From: a virus
Lineage: Duplodnaviria; Caudoviricetes
Strand: one strand, 5' to 3'
IMG/VR virus record: IMGVR_UViG_3300007513_000003
DNA length: 64,000 nucleotides
This document shows positions 35,922-46,538 of the stretch, in pieces. Below the pieces are notes generated by a model that did not search any database, was not told the origin of the DNA, and saw only the letters and a program-made list of their open reading frames with translations. Every line of letters begins with the position of its first letter. Positions within the stretch are counted from its first letter, which is position 1. Position numbers and translations under genes: made by a program.

Positions 35922-38900
35922 CTATAGAGCCGCGATTTCTCCTGTATTCTTCAATCTTACTGGAATATAAATGAACTCTAACGCCTTAATTGGCTCAATT
36001 GCTACGTCAACGTATAATTCGTTACGATCAATTCTAGCCGGGGTGTTATTAGTTTCATCACATACTACCAAGTAATCACCAATTGCTCGCTTAGCCAATA
36101 GTTCATTACAAAATGAATCAATTACACCCTTAATTTCGTTACGGGTTAATTCATCATTGGGTTCGAAAATAAATGGTTTTGCGATAAGATCTAGTTGACG
36201 TCTCATGTAAGACACGAGTCTTGAAACGTTAACTCTATCAATTGCGGAAGATGTAGAAGAGCGGGTCTTATTACCAAAGTTCATCAAACCACTGCCATTA
36301 ATAAATGTTAATGGATTAATGTTATCAGTATATAATACGTCACGTAGTCCTTCTCTAACTGCAATGCTGTTAAACTCTCCTGATCCATCAATATAACCAA
36401 TTGCTGTAGCATTGGAAATTTTTCCTCTGTTTGTGCCTGCGGCCGCAAACCATGGATAACCGACACTATCATTATAAGCAAATGTGCGTAATATCATATG
36501 ACTTGCCGGAACAACAATTTTGTTACCTGCTAGGTCATTTGATAACCCTGATGGGTAGTAAACTGACATATATTCATTATTAGTTACTAGGCCATCTTCA
36601 CCGTTATCTTCGGCTGCATTAGAGTTTTTACTCCATACTTGAATTTTCGCAGAATTATCTGCTAAACGGAACGGAGTATCACCAATAACGTGAGCAGTTT
36701 CTTTTCTATCTACGTTCAATGTAGTCATATTTGATAGCAATTCTGGATATCCAGGGGCGGCAAGTAAGTTAAATTGACGTTGCTCTTCACGAATATCTGT
36801 ATTTGCATCAACCGCTGATTTCATTGCGGCAACAACGACTGCACGTTGGGCCTTGCGACCTGCGTATAGTGTTCCATTAGATTTTGTGCCTGACTTGTTT
36901 GTCCAACGATCTGGATAATAAGTAGCAACAGATTCGCTTGACATACGTGGGTTACCTGAAGAATATTTTGATGTTGTAACAAAATCTTTCTTATATTCTT
37001 TTACTGTATAACCACTGCGTCTTGTATTCCATAGCAACATACCACGTGGATATGACGCAGGATCTGGAGCATCCGGATCTAGGAAATCATCGCTTAATAA
37101 ATCTGCAATACTTGATGCAGTACCAGCGCCAGTGCCACTTACTTTAGCGGCGGCCGCTGTTTGCCATCTTGCATCAGCAAATAAAACACCATTTGATGAT
37201 GTTTGATCTGTTGTATCAATTAGAATCCATTCACCACCTTGTCTACGATAAATCTTAGGATAATTATCTAAGTCAGATGTGTTGACCCAAATATCACCAT
37301 TTACAAGTGCTGTTTCATCAGATTGTGTTAGTGGTTCAGCGGCTGCAAAAATTGGGCCAGCTGGATCTGTTACACTTAGATCATATCCACGATAATCTGT
37401 TGAAACATTTTGGTAACCTTTCCATGTTGTACCATCATGAACCATGATGTCAGCAACAAGTGTTGTGTCATACCATAAATCACCTTCAGCAGGATCTGTT
37501 GTAGGTGTTGTTAATGATGCTTCATATGTTAACTCTTCCCAGTTTGTACCAATTAGGTCACCATTTGGCAGCGTATATACATTAGATAATGAAGCAGAAA
37601 TACTAGCATCTGCCACACCCGTTAGTGGTGTGCCTGATGTATCGCGTAGTACTAAGTCACCACCTTTAGCATGAATTAGTGACACTGCACCTGATGTTTC
37701 AATTTTAGCCGAAACATCTGTAATACCTGCGGCGCTGACTGCTGTTACAAAAGCTGTTGCAGTAGTGCCAGTCAAAGTTACAGTTGTACCATTAATAGTG
37801 AATGTTTCTGTAGATGTGAATGTTGGTGATGTGTTAGTACCAGTAACAACAAGCTCGCCGGCCGACTTGCGTCGATATGGTTTAAATGTTACTTCATCCA
37901 CTGAATCAACATCAGTATCAACCATTATCGAGCCTACTGTTATAGTTCTTGGATCAGTACCACCTAAACTTGTTGTAGCGACTGTTATACTATCATAAAC
38001 GCTTGGGGCTTTTGCTTCCCATAACCCAGTTGTTGATGAATATACTCTAAATTTAATATTATTACCGTTAGATCCGCCTAAATTGCCATCAAGTTTAACC
38101 CACATACTACCAGTCGGTGCTTCGTTTGCGGCGCCTGGTGTCCAAGGTGGCGGAGATGTATATGATGCTTCGCTCATCAACGGACCAAAATAGGTATCGG
38201 CAGTTATGCCCATGTCTGCAAGTGCAGTACCTGAAACGTTTGCAAAAATAGCAGATCTATCAGCGGATCCGCCTGCGGCTGATGAACCAATAATATATAT
38301 TTCTAAAACACCACTATTGTTATATGCCTGAACACCCTTTCTTGCAGTTGCAAGACCGTCAAACGTGGTATTAATATTGTTAACAATATCAGCAACGCCT
38401 GTACCAGTAAATGTAATAGTTGTACCATTGATACTAAACGCGTCACCAATGTTCACCGCACTTGGTGTAACTGAAATTGCTGGGAAACTTGATGCCCATG
38501 ATGCATTTCTTGTTGCTTCAGAATGTGGAGAGTCAGTTGCAGTACCTGAACCAACTGCTACCCATGTGTTACTGCTATTTTTATAATATACAGCATTGTT
38601 TGTTGTTGCTGTAACAATTGCGTAATCACCTATAGAACCAAATGAAGCATTTGGAATATAGGATGGACTACCTGTGTGCTCTGTAGCACAAATTTTAGGT
38701 ATTGTATATGTAAATGTATCTGTTGTGGCATTCCATACATGTAAACCCCACACTGTATTTGTTAAATTTAACCAATGTGTGCCGTTAACTGGGGTACCTG
38801 TTGGCGCCGTTGCAGAGCCTGTTAATTTGCTTAAATCAATATCTGCTCTTAACACGTATGCTCTATTAGCAATACCTAAATATGAATACGCGGCATGTAA

Positions 38901-39179
38901 GCCGTATTCGTTTAATTCATAGCCATGCAACATTGTTCCAGAAGTACTACTATAAAAAGTAGGAGTACCATATGTTGTAGCTAATTCTAGTTGTGAAGTA
39001 AGTAGCTGAACCTTGCCGGCATTCGCCGCTGTTGTTCCGGATGCTGTGCCTGATCCAGAAGCTTGTAACTTATTTTGTGCAGTTGCTACTAATATTAGTG
39101 GAACTGTACCTGGATCTGATGTAACATACGCGGATTCATTGGTTACAGTAACTTCAACACCTGGAGATACTAAAGCCAT
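35922..39179 (-). CDS. gp18: contractile tail sheath protein with large insertion domains
   Basis: LVSPGVEV N-terminus; PWFAAAG..RG, RVNVSRL, FIFEPND, CDETNNTP and EFIYIP motifs. Confidence 0.95.
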   Translation of the reverse strand: MALVSPGVEVTVTNESAYVTSDPGTVPLILVATAQNKLQASGSGTASGTTAANAGKVQLLTSQLELATTYGTPTFYSSTSGTMLHGYELNEYGLHAAYSYLGIANRAYVLRADIDLSKLTGSATAPTGTPVNGTHWLNLTNTVWGLHVWNATTDTFTYTIPKICATEHTGSPSYIPNASFGSIGDYAIVTATTNNAVYYKNSSNTWVAVGSGTATDSPHSEATRNASWASSFPAISVTPSAVNIGDAFSINGTTITFTGTGVADIVNNINTTFDGLATARKGVQAYNNSGVLEIYIIGSSAAGGSADRSAIFANVSGTALADMGITADTYFGPLMSEASYTSPPPWTPGAANEAPTGSMWVKLDGNLGGSNGNNIKFRVYSSTTGLWEAKAPSVYDSITVATTSLGGTDPRTITVGSIMVDTDVDSVDEVTFKPYRRKSAGELVVTGTNTSPTFTSTETFTINGTTVTLTGTTATAFVTAVSAAGITDVSAKIETSGAVSLIHAKGGDLVLRDTSGTPLTGVADASISASLSNVYTLPNGDLIGTNWEELTYEASLTTPTTDPAEGDLWYDTTLVADIMVHDGTTWKGYQNVSTDYRGYDLSVTDPAGPIFAAAEPLTQSDETALVNGDIWVNTSDLDNYPKIYRRQGGEWILIDTTDQTSSNGVLFADARWQTAAAAKVSGTGAGTASSIADLLSDDFLDPDAPDPASYPRGMLLWNTRRSGYTVKEYKKDFVTTSKYSSGNPRMSSESVATYYPDRWTNKSGTKSNGTLYAGRKAQRAVVVAAMKSAVDANTDIREEQRQFNLLAAPGYPELLSNMTTLNVDRKETAHVIGDTPFRLADNSAKIQVWSKNSNAAEDNGEDGLVTNNEYMSVYYPSGLSNDLAGNKIVVPASHMILRTFAYNDSVGYPWFAAAGTNRGKISNATAIGYIDGSGEFNSIAVREGLRDVLYTDNINPLTFINGSGLMNFGNKTRSSTSSAIDRVNVSRLVSYMRRQLDLIAKPFIFEPNDELTRNEIKGVIDSFCNELLAKRAIGDYLVVCDETNNTPARIDRNELYVDVAIEPIKALEFIYIPVRLKNTGEIAAL

Positions 39180-39327
39180 AATCTTTTTCCTCGTATAAAA
39201 TTTTAATTAAAATTCTACATCTATATAGATGTATTTGTTACCAATATTTATTTAGATTTCCGGAATTTAGTGCCATACGAAGGTGCCCAAAGGGCAAAGA
39301 AAAGGGTTCATAAAAATAAATACTCTC

Positions 39328-39684
39328 GTGAAACATAGCGAAAGACCGCTCTGTCGTTGCGGTATGCGACCAGTAGCAATAAATTATTATAAAAAAGGCA
39401 ACCCGCATTACAGATCAAGGTGTGATAAGTGCGCTCGAAAAGCAAAAAAACTTCGAACCACACCCAAGACAAATTGGAAGTCTAGTGGATATAATAAAAA
39501 AAACTACTGTGAAAAGTGTGGCTTTAAAGCAGACCACACAGTACAACTAGATGTTTATCACCAAGACGGAGATAGGAAAAATAATAATTGGAAGAATTTA
39601 AAAACAGTTTGCGCTAACTGTCATAGATTATTATACGCTACTGGTAAGGGATGGAAGCAGGGTGATTTAATTCCTGATTTCTAA
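39328..39684 (+). CDS. HNH endonuclease with zinc ribbons
   Basis: CEKC...DVYHQDGD..NN...NL..VCANCH. GTG at 39328 lies 5 nt after TAAATA (track start 39283). Confidence 0.75.
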   Translation: MKHSERPLCRCGMRPVAINYYKKGNPHYRSRCDKCARKAKKLRTTPKTNWKSSGYNKKNYCEKCGFKADHTVQLDVYHQDGDRKNNNWKNLKTVCANCHRLLYATGKGWKQGDLIPDF

Positions 39685-40311
39685 ACACAATGCTTTAACT
39701 GATTCTTCAAGCGATTGCAGAGTGCTATTGTTTTTAATAGTATAATCCAAATCACACCCAACCCAAGAATATTCTGATGCATGTACTTTTGGATACACTA
39801 ATGGCATCATTAACTCATGCATAGGTTCATCACGCTCTGCATTATCTGCAACTGCTGTACTCCACCATTCGGGCTCTGTACCGCGTTTTACACGTATTAT
39901 CTTTCCATCTAGTCTTTTTATTAGATCAATCTCATTGGGAAAGCGTGTATCAGTAATAATAACGTTGTGTTCAGCAGTAGTTAGTTTCTTTTCTAAACTT
40001 AACAACCATATATCGTCGTGAAACTTATTACGCCATAAATCTGTGCCGCATACTTGTAGAGCAAGTCGTGGAGTAAAGTCAGGCATGTCTAGTTTATTTG
40101 CCCACCATTCGTCTACTGTTTCGCGCCATTCTCTGCTTTCTTTCGTGTCGCCTTCTAGCATGGCACGATCCCATTGGAATACAGAGGCAAGTGAATCTTT
40201 TAATGAGTCAGCAAAACTTCCTCTAATCCATGTTTCTCTACTATTATCGATAAGATAATTTGCGACAGTGTCTTTACCACAGCCTTTGAATCCTACTAGT
40301 CCTATAATCAT
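39667..40311 (-). CDS. gp1: deoxynucleoside monophosphate kinase
   Basis: GLVGFKGCGKDT, SFADSLK, R..LQ..GT, ITD.RFPNE and H.SE motifs. Confidence 0.9.
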   Translation of the reverse strand: MIIGLVGFKGCGKDTVANYLIDNSRETWIRGSFADSLKDSLASVFQWDRAMLEGDTKESREWRETVDEWWANKLDMPDFTPRLALQVCGTDLWRNKFHDDIWLLSLEKKLTTAEHNVIITDTRFPNEIDLIKRLDGKIIRVKRGTEPEWWSTAVADNAERDEPMHELMMPLVYPKVHASEYSWVGCDLDYTIKNNSTLQSLEESVKALCLEIRN

Positions 40312-40322
40312 ATGTTTAAATG

Positions 40323-40400
40323 TTATTGTGTTTTATTGTGAATGTAGAGTGTTGCCGCTACGAGTGCGACTACTACCATGATAAAAATCACGGTTCCCAT
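40323..40400 (-). CDS. 25-aa single-pass membrane peptide
   Basis: AGGAGA RBS, then MGTVIFIMVVVALVAATLYIHNKTQ; fills the gap between gp13 and the dNMP kinase; not in the ORF track. Confidence 0.6.
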   Translation of the reverse strand: MGTVIFIMVVVALVAATLYIHNKTQ

Positions 40401-40427
40401 CTGTGGTTCTCCTGTGTGTGTGTAATA

Positions 40428-41189
40428 TTATCCAATGACGAATGACATCGGTGTGCCACCATCTTCAAAGTTTTGTAATTGTAATGCTAGATCAACCATC
40501 TCTTGTTGGCCTTCTGCTTTTAATTCACTACCATTCATCGTTGTACCACCTTGTGGTCCAGCGATTGTAGCAAATTTGGAACGTGCTTCGCCGAGTATTT
40601 GCTTGCACATTGCGAGTGTATAATCTTCTATCCATTTCTTTGTCATATGGTGTTGAATTATATTTTCAAGTGGTTTTTGGTTATATAACCAAAGTAATAC
40701 GCTTTCAGTGTCACCGTCAACTTTACGAACGATTGTAAGTTTTTTAGTTACTGAATCCCATGTATAATTAATAAATCCACCAAACATTCTTGATGCTGTT
40801 TCTTGATATCCAGCAAATAATTCATATGTTGCTAAACCACCTACTCTACCTGCCTGTAGCATATACATATTCATGTAACCTGCTTCGAATGGCTCAAAGT
40901 TTGAAGCACCTTCACCACTTGTGCTACCAATAGTTCTTCTAAATATTTGTCTAACTTCTAAAATATTATCGTCTAAAAAATACTCTTGTTTATTTTTCTC
41001 TAATGTTAAAAAGCCATAAGACTCTTCAACACTGTTAGCACTCATTTGACGATATCTGTTAACAGCATTGTTTAATGCTACTTCCAAATGCTCGTTGTCT
41101 AGTTCAATATCAATGATTCTCTCACCTAAACGTAATCTAACATTTGTGAATAACGCATTTTTAAGTTTGGTTAATTCTTTTGTTGCCAT
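40428..41189 (-). CDS. gp13: neck protein
   Basis: LRLG...IDIEL, W..DYTLA..K..LGEARSKF...GP.GG...NG motifs. Confidence 0.85.
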   Translation of the reverse strand: MATKELTKLKNALFTNVRLRLGERIIDIELDNEHLEVALNNAVNRYRQMSANSVEESYGFLTLEKNKQEYFLDDNILEVRQIFRRTIGSTSGEGASNFEPFEAGYMNMYMLQAGRVGGLATYELFAGYQETASRMFGGFINYTWDSVTKKLTIVRKVDGDTESVLLWLYNQKPLENIIQHHMTKKWIEDYTLAMCKQILGEARSKFATIAGPQGGTTMNGSELKAEGQQEMVDLALQLQNFEDGGTPMSFVIG

Positions 41190-41200
41190 ACATATATTTA

Positions 41201-42433
41201 TTAGATTACCTTAAGTAATATAGTATCAGAGTTTACCCTCCCGTTAAGTTTCGTGTCTGTGGTGGTCAATTCATCTAAGAACTTGCGTAAAGCAACCTTG
41301 CCCGCACTCTTAAACTCTTTTAGCGAGTCTTCTGGCTTACGCAATGTTTTTTGTCTGCTTAACTTCTCGTCAAAACCTATAATAGTAGTGCCTTTAATGC
41401 TTAACCCTGTGCCATCCCTAGCCATACCCTTTGGATCAATGTTAGAGGCAACATACTTGCCAATCTTGCGATTCTTTGTGTTGTAAACCCAAAGTTCGTT
41501 AGCACCAATTATGTCTTTTGGATCTATCGAGACAAGTTTTAGTTTTTCGTCCTGTATTTTATACTTAATCTTGCCAATCAACTTCTCTTTGCTTAGTGCT
41601 TTCTTCTTACGCACCTTGCGAGTTGCTTTTTGTAGATTAGCATGATGCTCAGCGTCTGCAACAATAGCAGAGTAAAAAGCAAGTAACTTCTTTAACTCTG
41701 ACTTTTTATATGGATAGCCTTCTAATAATTGTGCTTCCATCTCATCTTCTTTATCTACACCATTAATTAATAGTGTAAGATCCGCAATCTCATTCTCAAA
41801 CATCCTAGGAATAAGTCCGGCCGCTTTGCCAGATATGTTATGTGTTTGTAGCAAAGTGGACAATTTGAAATCTGACTTAAAGCCATTGGCAATCATGTCG
41901 TCAACAGCACCTTCAATGTACTCGCCAACAAAATTGTTTATTTTCTCTATCATGCGATCCTGAATAGAGATAACTTGAGCCGCTTTTGGTTTCTCTTTTG
42001 GCTTTGCGGTATCCTCTCCCCAGCCTTGTGGATTTTCAATAGACTCGACAATTATGCGAATTCTCTTTTTAAGTCCAGCGAGAAGATTATCCATTGGCGG
42101 AGCGCCTTTGAGTAGCATACGAGCAACGGAGCCGGCAGTAATACCAATTTGGTAATCTGGCGCATCCTTTATTGCCGCAATTGCCACTTTATCAACAACC
42201 TTTTGCGATTTCATCCATTCAATAAGCGGTTGCTTACTGTCCTTGAACGTGTGGTGATAATTATAAAAATTGAGGCCTTGCGTAATACGCAGGTTAATTT
42301 CAGTTTTTATTTCGTCGTCCAAATCTAGTATTTCTTCAGACGTAAAACTTACATCATCCCACGTAGGCTCTGCAAATGCTCCGTCAACTTTTTTAGATAC
42401 TCGTTTCTTTGCTTTTTTCTTTTTAGCGGCCAT
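41201..42433 (-). CDS. conserved T4-like marine phage hypothetical protein (early)
   Basis: LWVYNTKNRK...GL.IKGTTIIGFD...QKTLRKP C-terminal domain; has its own sigma70 promoter. Confidence 0.7.
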   Translation of the reverse strand: MAAKKKKAKKRVSKKVDGAFAEPTWDDVSFTSEEILDLDDEIKTEINLRITQGLNFYNYHHTFKDSKQPLIEWMKSQKVVDKVAIAAIKDAPDYQIGITAGSVARMLLKGAPPMDNLLAGLKKRIRIIVESIENPQGWGEDTAKPKEKPKAAQVISIQDRMIEKINNFVGEYIEGAVDDMIANGFKSDFKLSTLLQTHNISGKAAGLIPRMFENEIADLTLLINGVDKEDEMEAQLLEGYPYKKSELKKLLAFYSAIVADAEHHANLQKATRKVRKKKALSKEKLIGKIKYKIQDEKLKLVSIDPKDIIGANELWVYNTKNRKIGKYVASNIDPKGMARDGTGLSIKGTTIIGFDEKLSRQKTLRKPEDSLKEFKSAGKVALRKFLDELTTTDTKLNGRVNSDTILLKVI

Positions 42434-42472
42434 AATTTTACTCCATAATATGAATATATAGTGCTAAATAGT

Positions 42473-42501
42473 ATTATATAGACAAATCCGAAAAAAGTCA
42501 A
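42473..42501 (-). promoter_or_regulatory. sigma70 promoter, divergent from a late promoter
   Basis: TTGACT(42501-42496)-N17-TATAAT(42478-42473); plus-strand CTAAATA at 42464-42470 faces gp14. Confidence 0.75.
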
Positions 42502-42545
42502 TAAAATACACTATATAAGTGTTTAATTAATAAGAGTTTTTTATA

Positions 42546-43748
42546 ATGCCAAGATTATCGCTATGGAAACCGACCAAAGGTAACGATTTTAAGTTCATGG
42601 ATAATCGCATCCGTGAGCAATTTATCATTGGTGGCACTGGAGTTAATGTTCACAAATACCTAGGTCCAGTTAACCAAGGCAACACAAAGAAGGCTGATCA
42701 ACCATTATACGAAAACCAATCCGTATCTAACATACAAGATCTATTGTTTATGGAAAACAGAGATCGAAAATATGAAAAAGACGTTAATTTTATGAAGGGA
42801 CTCTATAACGTACAAGATATAGATTTTGATTTATCTCAATTTGGCTTGTTTTTGCAAAACGATACTATATTCATTACGTTCCATCTTAATGATATGGTTG
42901 ATATTTTAGGCAGAAAGTTAATTAGTGGCGATGTTATTGAACTTCCGCATCTTCAAGATGATCATGCCTTAGAAGATGAAGAAGTTGACAAAGTATACGA
43001 AAGTTTAAAACGATACTACGTAGTTCAAGATGGAAACCGAGCCGCAGAAGGGTTTAGCCAAACTTGGTATCCTCATTTATGGCGAGTTAAATGTACACCA
43101 CTTGTTGATGCACAAGAATACAGAGATATTATTGGCGATATTACTTCAGGCGTCGATGGAGAGGATGATACACTAAAAAGTATTTTAAGTGATTATAGTA
43201 AGAACTTAGAAATTAATGATGCCGTAGTTAAGCAAGCAGAAGCAATGGCTCCATATGTACAAGATGTAGTAGACGGTAGAAGTGGTTACGACACAACACG
43301 TTTTTGGATTGCGCCATCGAAAGACGACGGATCTATATTATTAGTTTCTGCAGATGATGGTTCACTTACTTCTGATGCTGAGAAAGAAAGTGCTGACGTA
43401 TTTTATGGAATGTCTGAAGAAAAAATTAGTCATTACTTGGCAGGCGACGGGGTGCCACCAAATGGAGCGCCGGCGACACTTTTAACAAGTTTCCCTGCTA
43501 CTCCTGTTAAGGGAGAATACGTATTACGTGTAGATTATATGCCTAATAGATTGTATATTTTTAATGGCAAAAAATGGGCATTCGTTGAAGATAATGTTCG
43601 TATGCAAATTACTAACTACACAGATCGTTATACATATAGAACTAAAACGTTTAATGATAAGACTTCTATTACTTTAGCAGACGGCAGCGAAGTAAAAGCA
43701 CGCCAAAGTTTATCTAATGTACTACGTGCAAGAGAGGATGAAGAATAA
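42546..43748 (+). CDS. gp14: neck protein (gp14-like)
   Basis: QDLLFMENRDRKY, SQFGLFL, GDVIELPH and LWRVKC motifs; lies between gp13 and gp15. Confidence 0.65.
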   Translation: MPRLSLWKPTKGNDFKFMDNRIREQFIIGGTGVNVHKYLGPVNQGNTKKADQPLYENQSVSNIQDLLFMENRDRKYEKDVNFMKGLYNVQDIDFDLSQFGLFLQNDTIFITFHLNDMVDILGRKLISGDVIELPHLQDDHALEDEEVDKVYESLKRYYVVQDGNRAAEGFSQTWYPHLWRVKCTPLVDAQEYRDIIGDITSGVDGEDDTLKSILSDYSKNLEINDAVVKQAEAMAPYVQDVVDGRSGYDTTRFWIAPSKDDGSILLVSADDGSLTSDAEKESADVFYGMSEEKISHYLAGDGVPPNGAPATLLTSFPATPVKGEYVLRVDYMPNRLYIFNGKKWAFVEDNVRMQITNYTDRYTYRTKTFNDKTSITLADGSEVKARQSLSNVLRAREDEE

Positions 43749-43792
43749 TGCATATCTATAAAAGAGTATGGTTTAAAAAGGAGGATAAGTAG

Positions 43793-45246
43793 TTGGATTT
43801 TTTTACGATGGGCAAATAAGACGATACATGGCCCAATTCATTCGTCTCTTATCTCACTTTTATGTTGAAACCGGAAAAGACTCAGATGGTAACTCTGCGT
43901 TAATAAGAGTTCCTGTTACATACGGTGATATCTCAAGACAGGTAGCAAGCATTATTCGCAAAAATAGTGAAAACGCACTTAATACTGTTCCGCGTGTTTC
44001 TTGTTATATCACTGGTATACAGTATGATCGTGATAGAATAATGGCTCCTTCTCATGTAGATAAAATTCACATTAAAGAACGATTTTATAACAAAGACACA
44101 GGCAAATATGCAGCTGGGCCTGGAGATAGTTATAGTATTGAACGTAGTATGCCAAGTCCATATAAATTAACAGTTAATGCTGACATATGGACAAGCAACA
44201 TGGAACAAAAACTGCAACTTACAGAGCAATTATTTTACATGTTTAATCCAAATCTAGAAATACAAACGACAGACAATTATGTAGACTGGACTTCTATATC
44301 ATATGTTGAACTTACTGATATTAGTTTTAGTAATAGAACTGTTCCTGTAGGTACTGAAGATCAAATTGATATTGCTACACTAACATTTGAAATTCCTGTA
44401 TGGGTTAATCCTCCGGCTATTATTAAACGCCTTGGTGTTATTTCTAAGGTTGTTATGGGTATATTTGATGGTAGCGGAAACTTAGCAGATAGTGTACTTG
44501 ATGAAACAAAACTAATGGGTAGCAGACAATATTTTACACCACTCAATTATGGTGTATTATTATTAAACGGCGAACTTAAAGTATTAAGTGTTGGCGAACC
44601 AATAAGCGGAGACACAAAAGAAGATGTAACGTTTGATCATATTCCAATAAAATACGGTGACGATATTCCATGGAAACAAGTTATATCGCAATTTGGTGAT
44701 CTTAAAGACGGTATTAGCCAAGTTAAATTATTAACTAATTTTCAAAACACAACCGGAGGAGTTGATGATTTCTCAGAAATTGTTGGTACTGTAGAATACG
44801 ATTCAGATGATGACTATATATTAAAATTTACTGTAGACACAGATACTATTCCAACAAATACACAAACTGCTATTAATGCAATTATTAATCCTCTTAAAAA
44901 TGTTCCTGGTGGTGGTTTACCTGCCGCAACTACAGGTCAGCGTTATCTAATATTAGAAGATATTGGTGACTCTGCTAATACGGACGGTGCTGATGGTTGG
45001 AAGGGCGCAGCCGATTTAGTAGCAAGTAAGTTTGATATTATTCAATATGATGGCACAAACTGGGTTGTAAGTTTTGATGCTAGTGCTAATAAAGGCATAC
45101 ACTATGTAACAAATACTAAAACAGGCATTCAGTATAAGTGGACAGGTGCTATTGACGAGGATATTCCTACAAATACAGGTGAATGGATTAAATCATACGA
45201 AGGTGAATACACCGCAGGATTGTGGTCTATTTTACTGTTACCATAA
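43793..45246 (+). CDS. gp15: tail terminator/sheath stabiliser (start out of frame at poly-T, see findings)
   Basis: FFYDGQIRRY, VPVTYG, P.PY.L....DIW and EQL...FNP motifs; continuous ORF from ATG 43828. Confidence 0.8.
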
Positions 45247-45268
45247 TATATAACTAATAATTATTATT

Positions 45269-45691
45269 ATGAAGCAAGTTACCGGGGCCGGCGGTATTTT
45301 CTATTGTCGCGATACAAAACAATTTTTATTTCTATTACGAAACGACACAAAATATAAACACAAATGGGGATTTCCAGGTGGCAAAATAGAAGCAGGGGAG
45401 AGCACCATTGATGGATTACAAAGAGAACTTACTGAAGAAATAGGAATAGTACCTGCTATAGAAAAAATTATTCCCATAGAATTTTTTACTTCGGATGACG
45501 GACACTTTTTCTACCATACTTTTATACTAATTGTTGAAACCGAGTTTATACCGAATTTAAATAATGAACACTGTGGGTATGCTTGGGTAACTATGGAAGG
45601 ATGGCCAGCACCATTGCATCCGGGTGTTTTCTCTACATTAAAATTAGACTCTATTAAAGACAAAATTAAAGTTATAGTAGAAACTATTTAG
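45269..45691 (+). CDS. NUDIX hydrolase
   Basis: GGKIEAGESTIDGLQRELTEEIG Nudix box. Confidence 0.92.
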   Translation: MKQVTGAGGIFYCRDTKQFLFLLRNDTKYKHKWGFPGGKIEAGESTIDGLQRELTEEIGIVPAIEKIIPIEFFTSDDGHFFYHTFILIVETEFIPNLNNEHCGYAWVTMEGWPAPLHPGVFSTLKLDSIKDKIKVIVETI

Positions 45692-46434
45692 ATATCAGCC
45701 TCGATAATAAATTGCTTTAAATGTATTTGTCTAAGATTTCGATGCCATTTCCATTCATCTGGCATTACTTCTTCCATACCCGCAACAGTTACTCTAATAA
45801 AATCTACGTCTGTATACGTATTAAAAACTCTAGACATATTATTAATCCAAACCGCATCGCCAGGATTTTCATCTGTTGGTCCATAATGCTGAGTGCCAGC
45901 ATATACATTATTATTGATTGTAGCATCCGTAGATTGATTATCAAATCCTAACATATATATTTTTTTGTGGCCATGAAAACAAGCAAGATATACTGCGGTT
46001 GCACCACAATTCATACGAGGATCATGTGGAATAAGAGAAACATGTTCAGGATGTCTTAACAAACAGGATGCTCTGCCAAACACTACATTGTTTTCTGCAT
46101 AGCCTTCATCAATTATGTCATTAATGATATCAGAATTTGTTGCTACTAAAAAATCTGGAGACCAATCTTGATATATTTTATTACAACCATAGCATTGCCC
46201 TTTATTTTTACCCAAATGTCCACCGCCCGCTGTTGAAAGATAGCTTAACTTAAATGTTGACATTGATGTTCTTGATTTTCCATTGCCTACAACATAAGCA
46301 ACACTATTGTGATCACTATTAGGAATTGTATTAGGAATCCAAAATCTATCTTGGTGTTTTCTGCCATTTTTAACTGTAACACCAGAAACAATATATTCAC
46401 CATCATAATCATCAATGTAACGAGCAACCGACAT
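45688..46434 (-). CDS. DUF115/MptE-like protein
   Basis: VVGNGKSR...YGCN..Y....PDFLV, NCGATA and IYMLGFD motifs. Confidence 0.55.
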   Translation of the reverse strand: MSVARYIDDYDGEYIVSGVTVKNGRKHQDRFWIPNTIPNSDHNSVAYVVGNGKSRTSMSTFKLSYLSTAGGGHLGKNKGQCYGCNKIYQDWSPDFLVATNSDIINDIIDEGYAENNVVFGRASCLLRHPEHVSLIPHDPRMNCGATAVYLACFHGHKKIYMLGFDNQSTDATINNNVYAGTQHYGPTDENPGDAVWINNMSRVFNTYTDVDFIRVTVAGMEEVMPDEWKWHRNLRQIHLKQFIIEADI

Positions 46435-46472
46435 GCTAAATCTCCTATATTATATTATTTATTTTACAAAAA

Positions 46473-46498
46473 GTAAGGGGGACTTTCGCCCCCCTTAC
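46473..46498. terminator. GC-rich hairpin terminator after long tail fibre gene
   Basis: GTAAGGGGG...CCCCCTTAC stem with GAAA loop and T-run on the minus strand. Confidence 0.75.
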
Positions 46499-46538
46499 CA
46501 TACAACTTAAAAATGTAAGTTAAAACTAATAATGTAAC

